The notes under the pieces were generated by a model. That model was not told where the DNA came from, did not search any database, and was given only the letters and a program-made list of their open reading frames with translations. Source: Octopus bimaculoides (Eukaryota). From it: a stretch of DNA of 64,000 nt. Both the position numbers and the translations under genes were made by a program. Where the stretch lies: NCBI RefSeq assembly GCF_001194135.2, contig NC_068983.1:66557-130556 (forward strand), read 5' to 3'. Of this stretch, positions 1-12,600 are shown piece by piece. Each line of letters opens with the position of its first letter. The stretch's first letter is position 1.

Positions 1-638
1 TGGGCATAAGAGGCATCAGATTGTGTGCAAAAGAGACGACTGCACTGGTATTGTCATGTGACGCGTACGGACGAGGACAGCTGTTTGATGAAATGCCGAT
101 CTATAACTGTGGAGGGAAGCTGTGGTCGGGGTAGTCCCAGGAAGACATTTGACGAAGTGGTGAAGTATGATCTTCGAACTCTGGGCCTCACGGAGGCAAT
201 GACTAGTGACCGAGACCTTTGACGATATGCTGTGCATGAGAAGACCCGTCAAGCCAAGTGGAATGGTAATCGTGGCCGATGCTTGTGTCACGTAACTGGC
301 ACCCGTGCCGGTGACACGTAAAAAGTACCTTTTGAGCGTTGGGCCTCACGGAGGCAATGACAAATGACCCATATCTTTGGCATTATGCTGTGCTTGAGAA
401 GAAGACCCATAAAGTGGAATCGTAGCCGTTGCAGATAATTGTGTCACGCAAATAGCACCCGTGCCAGTGGCACGTAAAAGCACCCGTAACACTCTCAGAG
501 TGGTCGGTGTTAGGAAGAGCATCTAGCCGTAGAAACCTTGCCAGATTAGACTAGAGTCAGCTTGTCGGCCCTAGTCAAACCGTCCGACCCATGCCAGCAT
601 GGACAACGGACGTTAAATGATGATGATAATGATGATGA
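1..638 (+). mobile_element. RTE-clade LINE, 3' end (ORF C-terminus, tandemly repeated 3' UTR, (ATG)n tail)
   Basis: Frame 25-222 reads RRLHWYCHVTRTDEDSCLMKC...GRGSPRKT (RTE C-terminal RLxWxGHVxR / GRPRKT motifs). The unit tgggcctcacggaggcaatgac occurs twice (~181, ~340). Ends ccatgccagcatggacaacggacgttaaatgatgatgat. Confidence 0.85.
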
Positions 639-1026
639 CCGTGCTCGTGTCAAGCTAAGTGAGATCGTAGTCGTGGCCAATGCTGATGTCACGTCAATGG
701 AACCCGTGCTGGTCAGACAATGATATTAATTCTACCTGCACTACAAAGTTTGAAATTGGCAATCAGACATATTTTCAACAACGGTAAATCAACAAACACA
801 TCCTTCTACGACCAATAATTGTAGAGAAATCTTAATGCAAACAGTTTCTGCTCATAAATGTGAAGCAATAAAATGTTCAACAATGCCGAGTATTTAGTAA
901 GCATTTTTTTCACTTCCAAAATTATTATTCTTGTGCTTGGATGTTAATGCTAATCAAGTGTCTACCCCAGACCGCATTACTCGCATCTCATAACAGTTCT
1001 TTCACATTCCATATAGGACAACAGAT

Positions 1027-1046
1027 TATTATTGTTGTTGTTATTA

Positions 1047-1087
<41 letters not shown>

Positions 1088-2167
1088 TCTTTTGATTTTG
1101 TTTCCATTTATTGCCGAATGTCTTCCCGACACCTAAGGCAAAGTAACTCACTGTATGCATTTGCAGGCCATTAAAGTAAACACACCAGATTGTTCATTTA
1201 CAAAGCCATGTTATCTGACAGAGAAAAAAAAGGAAAAACAAAGAAATAGCAAATAAAAGAAAGAAAAGATGAAAATATATAAAACAAAAGATAAACGGGT
1301 AAAAGAAAAGAAATTTCACAACGATAATACTCTTGATACGTGTGACGTATTAGTTAAAGCAATCTTCTGCACTTCTTGTATGGATGATAAACCAGGAATA
1401 TTTCTCAAATATTTTCCAGTTCCTTTTTTTATTCTTCCTAGTGCTCCTACAATCACTGGTATTGTAACCGCGTTGAGGTGCCACATTTTTTCTATTTCAA
1501 TGAGCAAATCTTTAAATTTTCTGAGCTTATCAAATTCTTTTGCCAAAATATGATCTCAAAGTATGCTCGTCTTTCACAACACCACCCAGTTTATTAGCTT
1601 TGATGGTTCTGTCTGTATGTACTGGAAAGTCCCAAAGAATCGTTACATTTTCTCAATTACAGTCTCAGGGTGGTTCTTATACCACTTGTCACCAGTTTTG
1701 ATTTTATAATGCCAACGTATTAATCAGTATAGATACTGGCCAACTTTATCGTGTCTTGATTTATACTTAAACTTGGTGCTAAAACTTTACATCCAGAGAT
1801 TTGGTGGTCCGCTATTTCAATCTCATCGTTGCAATATCGACACTTTGGATCTACTCCATTTTTCATCACATTGGTTTTGTAGTCCCGGGTCAATAAGCTG
1901 TGATTTTTACACGGCTAAGATGAAGCGTTCATTCTCTGCCTTTAACCTTGAGCTCTGAAGCCATTGATGCCTGTGCTTCTGATCTGCATCAGCTTGTTTG
2001 CTACGAGCGACATATTTACCATGGAGAGGTTTTTCTTCCCACCTATCAGCCAATTGTTCATACGTTTTTTTTTTTTGTTTGCCATTATGTTCACCTTCTT
2101 TGCAACAACAGTTTCTGCATTTCTATCATGCTGTTTAGCCTAGATATTATGCATGAATGCAATAGCG
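1027..2167 (-). mobile_element. R4/Dong-like non-LTR retrotransposon (restriction-like endonuclease), 5'-truncated copy A with (TAA)n tail
   Basis: Minus-strand ILWDFPVHTDRTIKAN and KEFDKLRKFKDLLIEIEKMWHLNAVTIPVIVGALG, plus a decayed zinc-knuckle region. 3' UTR then (ATT)n at 1027-1088 on +. Confidence 0.8.
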
Positions 2168-2997
2168 AATTACTACTACTATTATTATTATTATTATTAT
2201 GTTGTTTTTTTTCTTCTTTCTTCAAATTTTCTCCCATTTCTCGCCGAGTGTTTTCCGTACACCTAGGGCAGAGAAACTCGTTGTATGCATTCCCAATTTA
2301 CACACGCAAATTCATAGGTAAAACATGTATTTAAGAAAAAAAAAAATCATGAATGGATGTTGTTTTCACAGCGATAATGCTCTTCTTAGTTCATGAGTCG
2401 TTCCAGTTAGCACGATTTTTTGCACTTCCTGTAGAGATGGTAAGCCTGGTATCATTTTCAAATAGGTTTCAGTACCTTTTTTTATCATTCCTAGAGATCC
2501 TACAATCACTGGTATGGTAGTCGCTTTGAGGTGCCACATTTTNNNNNNNNNNNNNNNNNNNNNNNNNNNNNNNNNNNNNNNNNNNNNNNNNNNNNNNNNN
2601 NNNNNNNNNNNNNNNNNNNNNNNNNNNNNNNNNNNNNNNNNNNNNNNNNNNNNNNNNNNNNNNNNNNNNNNNNNNNNNNNNNNNNNNNNNNNNNNNNNNN
2701 NNNNNNNNNNNNNNNNNNNNNNNNNNNNNNNNNNNNNNNNNNNNNNAAATACTGGCCAACTCTGTCATGTCTTGCTTTATATTCTACAGGTGCTAACACT
2801 CTACACCCTGAGATTAGGTGGTCTATAGTTTCAATCGCATCGTTACAAAATCGGCATTTTGGGTCAGCTCCATTTTTTATCACATTGGTTTGGTAGTTCC
2901 GGGTTAATAAGCTTTGGTCTTGAGCAGCCAATATGAAACCTTCACTCTCTGCTTTTAGCCCTGAACTTCGTAACCACTGATGCGTGCGTTTCTGGTC

Positions 2998-2998
<1 letters not shown>
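2168..2998 (-). mobile_element. R4/Dong-like non-LTR retrotransposon, 5'-truncated copy B
   Basis: LKAESEGFILAAQDQSLLTRNY...CRFCNDAIETIDHLISGC...EYKARHDRVGQY (CCHC knuckle). 3' UTR is homologous to copy A (acctagggcagagaaactc vs acctaaggcaaagtaactc). (TAA)n at both ends. Confidence 0.85.
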
Positions 2999-3053
<55 letters not shown>

Positions 3054-5215
3054 CATCATTATTATTATTATTATTGTTTGGTAGTCTTATTTTTATCACG
3101 TGCTTCTCACTGCACTACCGAGCAAAGCTCTGTGTGCCTTGGGTATGTGCTGTGGTTTGTTGTGATGCTCTTATGGTTACTGTATTGAAAGTGTTTTACG
3201 TAGGAAGTGTGTGGGGCCTAGTAGTACCATTTTCTGTGTGTTATATGCATTCGTAAGTCCCGGTGTTTAGGTTATGTATTTATCTGAATGTGCTTTTCTT
3301 TTTTTTTTTAATCATACCTAATGCACCTATTATTAAAGGGATTGTTTCTATTTTTAGACACCACATTCGAGTTACCTCTATTTCCAGATATTTGTATTTT
3401 GGGAGTTTTGCCCTTTCTTTTACAGATACATTGTCATCTGTTGGTATTGATACGTAAAAACTAACACTTCTTTCCTCCAAGCATAGATTCGAAACCGAAT
3501 CTAAGGATTCTCGCTCGTCTGAACCACCACGGACCGACAGGCGCGAAGAAATTTTCTTTGTCCTTTCACCTCCGACGTCAGCTATGTCAGGCGAAGTTCA
3601 AATGGACAGGAGCTGACCTATTTAGACACAATCTCTCCTGCAGTATGTCTGTCCTTCTAGCTGCCACGGCTGTTATAAATACTGTGGTCAGCAAAGGGAC
3701 AAGGCAGAGAGAATCAGAAAGGCTCTGGACGAAAAGACAACTCACGAGATCGCCGATTACTTTCTCGGATGAACGACGCACACACAGACACAAAACATAT
3801 TCCGTTCTAACACATCACATCCAGAGATGTACCTTGTTTTTATTCTTCTCAACTCGTAGCAGTTGGCGACAAATTAAAGGAGCGAAGAATCGTGTATACC
3901 CACAGCAAATGCAAGTCCAGTAAATAAATTATTTAAACTATAAATCGATGTCATTCACTTATTCACTTCGAAGGCATCCACATGTCTATCACATCTGTTT
4001 ACCCCAACACATTTTGATACACCTTTAACCACTACAGATAGATATATCGATTAGAAGGCATTTTTTTCTTGATGATCTCTGATAACTATATCTGGTTTAT
4101 TAGTCTTGATTTTTCTATCTGTGCGTATTGGCATATCCCAGAGTATGGTTGCTTTGTCCTTTTCTGAGACCTTTTCTTGAGTGTTCCTATACCAACTTTT
4201 TTCTGTTGTTATTCCATAACAGTGTATATAGGTCCCAACTCTGTCAAGCCTGTTGGTATATTCCTTCTTAGCCAGGACTGGGCAGCCAGAGACAGTATGA
4301 TTTATTGTTTCTTCCACATCACCGCATATTCTGTATTTTTCTTCATTATGTGTCTGGTAATTTCTGGAAGGGAAGCTTTGATCTTGTGCTGCAATTAAAA
4401 ATCCTTCAGTCTTTGCTTTGAGTCCTGAGCTTTTCAGCCATTGTTAGGATTTCACTTGGTCTATTTTTTCTGTTTAGCTTATCCCAATATTTGCCATATA
4501 AGGGCTTTTCTTGCCATCGTTTTATCATGATCCGTTGCTGTTCTAGCTTCAGTTTGGATTTCAGTTGTTTTACAGCTTTTGTTGTTTCTTCCTTTTCTCC
4601 ATAGTCGTGAGGTACCATTAATTCTTTCCTGTGCTTTTCATCTTCCTCAAAAACAGAAAACAAATTTTTGTGATTTGTGGCTATTTGTACCAGTTTTCCT
4701 TGCTTCTGAATCAAGTATTTTTGTAATCCTATGGTGGTTATTCTGTAATAGTTTTCTAGCTGTATAAGGCCTCTACCACCTTCAATACGTTATATATTTA
4801 AAACCTTTCTATATCAGATTTTGGGTGGTGCATCCTAAATTCTTTATTATTATTCTTGTTTTCCTGTCTAGTTTGATTCATTCATTTAGAGTCCAATTAA
4901 GAATATTGTAGCTGTAATTTATAACTGGGACAGCCACACTGTTGAGACCTATTGTCTTGTTTTTCACATTAAGCTCCGTTTTCACTATTAATCTAACTTG
5001 TCTATTATATTCCTTTATCTTCCATTTGTGTTGTACCGTATCTAGTTCATTGATTCCGAGGTATTTGTATGTCTGGCTTTGGTCTAATCCTTTTATTTCA
5101 TTTGCTTTATCGAGTGTGGTATTGTTATTCTTAACTAGTTTTCCTCTTTTCGAGATTGGAGGACAGAATCGTAGCACGCCAAACAAAACACCTAGCGGCA
5201 TTTCGTCTGTCTTCA
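2999..5215 (-). mobile_element. R4/Dong-like non-LTR retrotransposon copy C, interrupted by a 584-bp insertion (3453-4036)
   Basis: 4878-5216 KRGK...TYKYLGINE...ELNVKNK..LNSVAVPVINYS; 4051-4317 ETINHTVSGC...ILWDMPIRTDRKIKTNKPDIV; then LIDIS | insertion | VSIPTDDNVSVKE...KY...IIGALG; (ATT)n tail 3001-3075. Confidence 0.8.
3453..4036 (+). mobile_element. probable solo LTR
   Basis: Splits the R4 endonuclease motif and is flanked by GATA on both sides (3449-3452, 4037-4040). Ends CGTA...TACA (TG..CA with one change). TATAAATA at 3674-3681, AATAAA at 3923-3928. No recognisable protein homology. Confidence 0.5.
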
Positions 5216-5220
5216 CGTTC

Positions 5221-5335
5221 TGGGTTCAAATTCTGCTGTGGTCCACTTTGCCTTTCATCCTCTAGGGGGTCCATAAAATAAGTACCAGACGAGCACTGGG
5301 GCCAATGTAATCGAATTGTCCCCTTTAAGCCTCTA
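5221..5335 (+). mobile_element. SINE fragment, second family (B-box plus ttgcctttcatcct...ataaaataagtaccag core)
   Basis: gggttcaaattctgc...ccactttgcctttcatcct...ataaaataagtaccag. Related pieces at ~7058-7125 (+), ~22835-22990 (-) and ~54780-55030 (+). Confidence 0.55.
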
Positions 5336-6689
5336 GAAGAAAGGATTATTATTGTTGTTATACGCATGCTTGGGTTGTTTAGTAGTTCACTTCCCAAACA
5401 GCGGTTCCTAGTTTCGATTTCAATATGTGGCACATGTTGGGCGTCTTCTACCAGGGACTGCGGTAAGTTTTTGAAGAATGGAATATGGTACATGGGGACA
5501 GTGTCTTGTTGAATTAAATGAAATTAGGAGGAAGATTGTTAAACTGCGTATTTAGTACACACACACACACACATACACACACACACACTTGATGCAGAGT
5601 GAAGGTTAAAAATAGAAATAATCTTTTGTTGTTGCTTAAATCCCAGCAGTGGACCATTGCATCGTCATTCGATAAAACGAGTTTATAGAGAGAAAAGTAT
5701 TGAAAAACAGCAATACATGTCAGATGACAAAGAAACGAGGAAAATACCTGGTGGTCGTGAGATGTGCTAGAAACAACACCTAAATCTCATTTAAATCACA
5801 TACCTTTTCATCTGAATATTATTTTGAAATTATAAACAGAAGCAAATTACAGATTCGGTGTGTCTGTATTTCAAAACTATGATTTTAAAAAAATTCGGGA
5901 AGAAAAGTCGAAATATTAGGATTTATGAGGTTGGGGCCTGGTTAATGAAAAAAAATTTTTTAAGTTTCTCTATTGTTTTAAAATTACTTTTCATTTTCTG
6001 CTTGAAAATAAAAGAAGTGGCGATTATGATGGTGATCGCCGATTTCCGATTTCCTTTTTATACTTCAATGCTTCTCTCATCGTTTTTAAGTGTGTAGTAC
6101 AAAAAGAAAAAAAGAAAAGAAAAAAAAAAACNNNNNNNNNNNNNNNNNNNNNNNNNNNNNNNNNNNNNNNNNNNNNNNNNNNNNNNNNNNNNNNNNNNNN
6201 NNNNNNNNNNNNNNNNNNNNNNNNNNNNNNNNNNNNNNNGGGGGCTGGGGAGGATTGGCAAAAAATGCATATATTTTCAAAAATGTGTTTTTAAAATTTT
6301 TTTGACTGAAAAAGCGTCTCCCATTCTTTTTAAGTGCGTAAGGGATTTAAAAAATGGACGAAATCGGTCCTGAAAAGAGGAAGGGAGGATTCATACATAT
6401 TCAAAAACTGTTTCCATAAAAACCTCTCCCCCCCCCCCTCCATCGCTTGCAACGTTGTGGTAAACAAAGAATTCGAAAATTCTCCGGCAAACAGAAAATC
6501 TGGATCTTTATGATTTGACGGACAACATTTTTTTGTTGCCATAGTAACGAAGCCACCTTGGCAAAGATTGAACTCTGCTGTGAATACGCAGAGTTTTAAC
6601 GTCCTGTCTCACTCCTTCTGTTTACAGCAATGCTTGGAAGGAACGTGTGTATTTCACTTCAAGATGGTGGCCCTCAATGAAGTCAGGTC

Positions 6690-6900
6690 AGGTTTGGCTT
6701 TGACTATGCTCAGTAGAGCTTGAACCAGCTGAAGGGCTTCTAGCATCTAAGAGCTGGGGGACAGAGCCAAAGGTTTTCTTGTAGTCCGACCACATTGAAA
6801 TGAGGTTCTTTCGATGCTCTGACATCATAGTTTTGTTGACTAACAATTGCTCGGCACATCCCCAGATTCCCTTCTTCCCAGCTGCTTGTTGTGCAGTGAG
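6690..6900 (-). mobile_element. R4/Dong-like reverse transcriptase fragment
   Basis: Minus frame GCAEQLLVNKTMMSEHRKNLISMWSDYKKTFGSVP matches the GCxDQLL...WIDYKKAxDSVPH RT motif. Confidence 0.65.
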
Positions 6901-7323
6901 GTTATTACTTTAACAATGGTCTTGGAGGAAGAGTTTTAAGTATGGTTTCTGCCTGTCTATCTGTATGTATGTACGTAAAGTGCCGTGGATTTGCTCAATT
7001 GTTAAAGCGTCACACAAAATGCCTTGCAGTATGTGTTCCCATGATTTACATTCTGATTTCAAATCCTGTCGGGACCACTTTGCCTTTCATTCCTCCGGGG
7101 ACGATAAAATAAATTGAATTACCAGTCATTTGACTAGTGTCAACGCAATTGACTTCCTCCACACACTGCAAGATTCTAGGCCAAGTACCTCAATTAGAAA
7201 CCATTCTGTAGATAGATAGGTTTCTTTATTAGCCACGCAGGGCTCAACACAGAGGGGACAAAATACAAATGTAGAGTTTTTTTCTTTTCGAGGGGGGCGA
7301 AAACAAAGCAAAAAAAAAAAAAG

Positions 7324-7324
7324 T

Positions 7325-7358
<34 letters not shown>

Positions 7359-7413
7359 GGGGGAGAGAGACAGAGAGACAGACAGATAGATAGATAAATA
7401 GATAGATAAATAA

Positions 7414-7458
<45 letters not shown>

Positions 7459-7507
7459 CAAATAAATAGCTAGCTAGCTAGCTAGATAGATAGTTAGACA
7501 GACAGAC

Positions 7508-7574
<67 letters not shown>

Positions 7575-7590
7575 CAGATAGACAGACAGA
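7324..7590. repeat. (TAGA)n tetranucleotide microsatellite, compound
   Basis: Long runs of gata/taga with gaca, aaat and gcta variants. Confidence 0.95.
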
Positions 7591-7737
7591 TGCACACACA
7601 TACACATTTATGTGTGCCTATGTAGAGATGTCTGTCTGTGCAGTTGTCAATAAATTTTTTGTAAATATGAACGTGCGCCTGTGCGTGATTGTTTTTATTA
7701 GCGCATAGGTATATGTGTGCGTCCGCATCGCAGTAGG

Positions 7738-7843
7738 AATGTGTGTGTGTGTTTGGGCGTGCGTGCGTGTTTGTTTGTGTGTGTGTGTGTGTGTGTTTGG
7801 GCGTGCGTGCGTGTTTGTTTGTGTGTGTGTGTGTGTGTGTGTG
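7738..7843. repeat. (GT)n compound repeat with a duplicated ~40-bp unit, abutting a gap
   Basis: gtgtttgggcgtgcgtgcgtgtttgtttgtgtgt occurs twice in tandem. Confidence 0.9.
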
Positions 7844-8844
7844 NNNNNNNNNNNNNNNNNNNNNNNNNNNNNNNNNNNNNNNNNNNNNNNNNNNNNNNNN
7901 NNNNNNNNNNNNNNNNNNNNNNNNNNNNNNNNNNNNNNNNNNNNNNNNNNNNNNNNNNNNNNNNNNNNNNNNNNNNNNNNNNNNNNNNNNNNNNNNNNNN
8001 NNNNNNNNNNNNNNNNNNNNNNNNNNNNNNNNNNNNNNNNNNNNNNNNNNNNNNNNNNNNNNNNNNNNNNNNNNNNNNNNNNNNNNNNNNNNNNNNNNNN
8101 NNNNNNNNNNNNNNNNNNNNNNNNNNNNNNNNNNNNNNNNNNNNNNNNNNNNNNNNNNNNNNNNNNNNNNNNNNNNNNNNNNNNNNNNNNNNNNNNNNNN
8201 NNNNNNNNNNNNNNNNNNNNNNNNNNNNNNNNNNNNNNNNNNNNNNNNNNNNNNNNNNNNNNNNNNNNNNNNNNNNNNNNNNNNNNNNNNNNNNNNNNNN
8301 NNNNNNNNNNNNNNNNNNNNNNNNNNNNNNNNNNNNNNNNNNNNNNNNNNNNNNNNNNNNNNNNNNNNNNNNNNNNNNNNNNNNNNNNNNNNNNNNNNNN
8401 NNNNNNNNNNNNNNNNNNNNNNNNNNNNNNNNNNNNNNNNNNNNNNNNNNNNNNNNNNNNNNNNNNNNNNNNNNNNNNNNNNNNNNNNNNNNNNNNNNNN
8501 NNNNNNNNNNNNNNNNNNNNNNNNNNNNNNNNNNNNNNNNNNNNNNNNNNNNNNNNNNNNNNNNNNNNNNNNNNNNNNNNNNNNNNNNNNNNNNNNNNNN
8601 NNNNNNNNNNNNNNNNNNNNNNNNNNNNNNNNNNNNNNNNNNNNNNNNNNNNNNNNNNNNNNNNNNNNNNNNNNNNNNNNNNNNNNNNNNNNNNNNNNNN
8701 NNNNNNNNNNNNNNNNNNNNNNNNNNNNNNNNNNNNNNNNNNNNNNNCCTATATATACAGGTAGACGTAGGTATGCACATACCTGTACGTATATATGCAT
8801 ATACTCATTTATTATTTGTTTTATATATATATATATATATATAT

Positions 8845-9227
8845 TTTACTCTTTTACTTGTTTCAGTCATTTGACTGTGGCCATGCTGGAGCACCGCCTT
8901 TAGTCGAGCAAATCGACACCATGACTTATTCTTTGTAAGCTTGGTACTTATTCTATCGGTATCTCTTTTGCCGAACCGCTAAGTTACGGGGACGTAAACA
9001 CACCAGTATCGGTTGTCAAGCGATGTTGGAGGGGATAAACACAGACACATACATATATGTATACATATATACGACGAGTTTCTCTCAGTTTCCGTCTACC
9101 AAATCCACTCAAGGCTTTGGTCAGCCCGAGGCTATAGTAGAAGACACTTGCCCAAGGTGCTACGCAGTGGGACTGAACCTGTAACCATGTGGTTGGTAAG
9201 CAAGCTTCTTACCACACAGCCACTCCT
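8845..9227 (-). mobile_element. full-length tRNA-derived SINE
   Basis: Minus strand starts aggagtggctgtgtggtaag (A box) ...ggttcagtccc (B box), then gcaccttgggcaagtgtc (CORE-like start), a central (TA/CA) tract, and a 3' end ctccagcatggccacagtcaaatgactgaaacaagtaaaag. Confidence 0.8.
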
Positions 9228-9392
9228 ATTAATATATACATTAATAGCGATCACAATTTATTAATTTTGCCTTTAGTCACCCTTTTTAATTTAAATATAT
9301 ATATACATATATCAAATAAGCAGCAGATTGACTCAAGGGTCGGGAGTTAGATACGTGTGTGTGTGTAAGTGTGTGTGCGCGCGCGTGTAGCC

Positions 9393-9690
9393 GCAGGTGT
9401 GGTTGTGTGGTAAGAGGTTTGCTTGCCAACAACATGGTTCCAGGTTCACTCCCACTGCGTGGCACCTTGGAAGCTGATAAGTACCCCGTCGTATATATGC
9501 GTTTGTATGTGCATGTGAGTGTCTTGGTGTCTGCCCCACATCCTTCTTGACAATTGATGTTGCTGTACATACGTTTGCCAAAATTTGACCGAAAGAACAT
9601 GTCCTAAGATTAATATTCGTCCAACTAAAATTGTTTAATGCGGTGCCCAAGCCTGTGACTTCAGTTTAATGAATGAAACAAGTAGAAAGT
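9393..9690 (+). mobile_element. tRNA-derived SINE, same family, internally deleted
   Basis: gcaggtgtggttgtgtggtaag...ggttcactcccactgcgtggcaccttgg, with 3' end gaatgaaacaagtagaaag. Confidence 0.7.
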
Positions 9691-12600
9691 AAAGGATTAT
9701 GTTCCCTAGACATAACACCTGGACGAATCAGATCACTCCTTACATTTGTCACCTATCAATATTTAGTTTCCACTATTGATCTGTCTTGAACTGAAAATGT
9801 CTGATATATAAAGCCCTACATATAGCTACAATATGAATCAAGGAAAGTGTATTTTATATTTAGTGTGAAATATTATTAGTAGTAATAACGAATTCCTGAA
9901 TCCCTTAAACGTGTATGTTAACGCCGTAATTGCCGACCGTCTTCAGTCAATACAGTTCAAACATCGGTCAGGGGAGGTATTTATTTATTTATATATATAT
10001 TTCTTTTTTTATAGATGAACATATTTAAAGGTCCTTTCACCTGTGGCAGTTTATAAAGGTCACAGCAATATGTGGCCGACAGCAATAATTGTGTAGCATT
10101 TGAACCTATTGCTCTGACAACATTTTGTTAGAAATAACGACTGCTCCGATAAATTCATTGAAACAAATAACGAAAGACTCAACAGCTTTACTGGACAACT
10201 TACTTTCAAGTTGGAAGAAATATTTCTTGACTATTGTTCAGATAAAGAGAAATGTTGGGTTAATTAACTGTGTTGATTAACTATGCTAATATGTTGTAAA
10301 ACATTTCAGTGGATTACAAGTGAATAACCGCTCAACAGATATAGTAACGAAGCAAGTTTCGATTTGGTTGTTGTTGTTTAACCCTAGCCTTGGTTGAGCA
10401 AACCTACGTATGATCATAGATATTCTAATGTTGACCAACCCGTATGAAAAACTACGTGTGTAATGTGTCCTTCATGTTTTAAGAAAGCAATGGACCATTT
10501 CGGAGAGTTTGTCCGTTATTTCTAGCTGGTCTCCTGTTGTCCATATGCTGTGAAGAGGGACTTCGTTGAAAACCACTTCTTGTGCAGGAGAATAAAGGAA
10601 CTCTTTTTCTGAACAATTCTTAATGTTATCATTCCAACAGAGAATATTTCCCTTCAAGTGTAATTATTAAAACAGGTCCCTCCTTCACCCCGACGCGAGT
10701 TTCGATGGCCAAATCGGTAGAGTACCGAAGGGTTGGCTGTTTATATCTTGTTACCCTAATAGCATTGTTTCTATAGCACATTCCACTTTGTTTGGTAAGA
10801 GGTGACACAGAGAAGAAATAACTGGATCTTTTCTGTTTGGTTGCATGTAGCTGTGGAAATTTTAAAATTTGGTGTATTAATGTAGTTTTCCAATCTGAAT
10901 CTCAGGAGATATTTCATTTTTTCAGAAAATTTTTTTTGAAGAGTTATAGAGGTTCAAAGTTTGATGATTTTCTCCCAGTAAGAAATTAGGATTTGGAAGC
11001 TGTCATTTTGTGCGTGACATGTTTTCATATGAAACTGTAAATAAATCAACTTCTGATTTACGCTCGACATATAACCCCCTACCACCACCACCACCACACA
11101 CACACACACACACACACACAACTTTGAGGAGCGGGGGAATTTTCAGAAAATTTTTGCGAATTTGTTGTATTCTACCCTCGGGAATTCAAACGATTATGCA
11201 ACAACCAGATAAAAAAAAAATTGGTGGGTGCGTGATTTAAGGCCTATTTGGCTGTTATTTTTAACACATCTCTCGACTAGGGCACAAGCAACAGAGCAGA
11301 GCGTCAACGCACATGCTTTCGCATAGAATATATTTGTCAAAACATGTGCTATCTCGCAGACAAAAGAGTTCTCATGTTTGGCTTTTTACTATGGAAACAT
11401 GCATGAATGTGTCTGTGGTTTACGATTGGCTAAAATTACCCAACATTTACTAACTTTAGAGGCAAATAACTCTTTATGAATTTCATGGCATTGATTAACA
11501 TATAAAGCNNNNNNNNNNNNNNNNNNNNNNNNNNNNNNNNNNNNNNNNNNNNNNNNNNNNNNNNNNNNNNNNNNNNNNNNNNNNNNNNNNNNNNNNNNNN
11601 NNNNNNNNNNNNNNNNNNNNNNNNNNNNNNNNNNNNNNNNNNNNNNNNNNNNNNNNNNNNNNNNNNNNNNNNNNNNNNNNNNNNNNNNNNNNNNNNNNNN
11701 NNNNNNNNNNNNNNNNNNNNNNNNNNNNNNNNNNNNNNNNNNNNNNNNNNNNNNNNNNNNNNNNNNNNNNNNNNNNNNNNNNNNNNNNNNNNNNNNNNNN
11801 NNNNNNNNNNNNNNNNNNNNNNNNNNNNNNNNNNNNNNNNNNNNNNNNNNNNNNNNNNNNNNNNNNNNNNNNNNNNNNNNNNNNNNNNNNNNNNNNNNNN
11901 NNNNNNNNNNNNNNNNNNNNNNNNNNNNNNNNNNNNNNNNNNNNNNNNNNNNNNNNNNNNNNNNNNNNNNNNNNNNNNNNNNNNNNNNNNNNNNNNNNNN
12001 NNNNNNNNNNNNNNNNNNNNNNNNNNNNNNNNNNNNNNNNNNNNNNNNNNNNNNNNNNNNNNNNNNNNNNNNNNNNNNNNNNNNNNNNNNNNNNNNNNNN
12101 NNNNNNNNNNNNNNNNNNNNNNNNNNNNNNNNNNNNNNNNNNNNNNNNNNNNNNNNNNNNNNNNNNNNNNNNNNNNNNNNNNNNNNNNNNNNNNNNNNNN
12201 NNNNNNNNNNNNNNNNNNNNNNNNNNNNNNNNNNNNNNNNNNNNNNNNNNNNNNNNNNNNNNNNNNNNNNNNNNNTGGTTTTGAGATGATACTTGGCTAA
12301 TTTTCCAAGATTAATTCATGTGTATGAGGGGTCCACCGAATTTGAAGTGCCTCGAGCCCCCATGGTTTAAATCCGGTCTTGCGTATGTATGTATATATGA
12401 ACGGCGTGCAGTCGAGTCGTGCTAGTCATGCACTGCATGTCCGTTGATTTTTATATAACTCAAAAATCAATTGAAGTACGCAATGTATTTATCACCACAT
12501 TGAGAAGTCGTCGAAATCATAGGAAACTGAGCTGAAATAGTTACTTGGTTTCAAAAGAAACCCGTCCAGGTTGATACTTCGCTGTGTTTCCATTTTGATT

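Noticed and set aside
10685-10735. GAAAC-containing stem suggesting a hammerhead
   Set aside because: No CUGANGA core at the required position.
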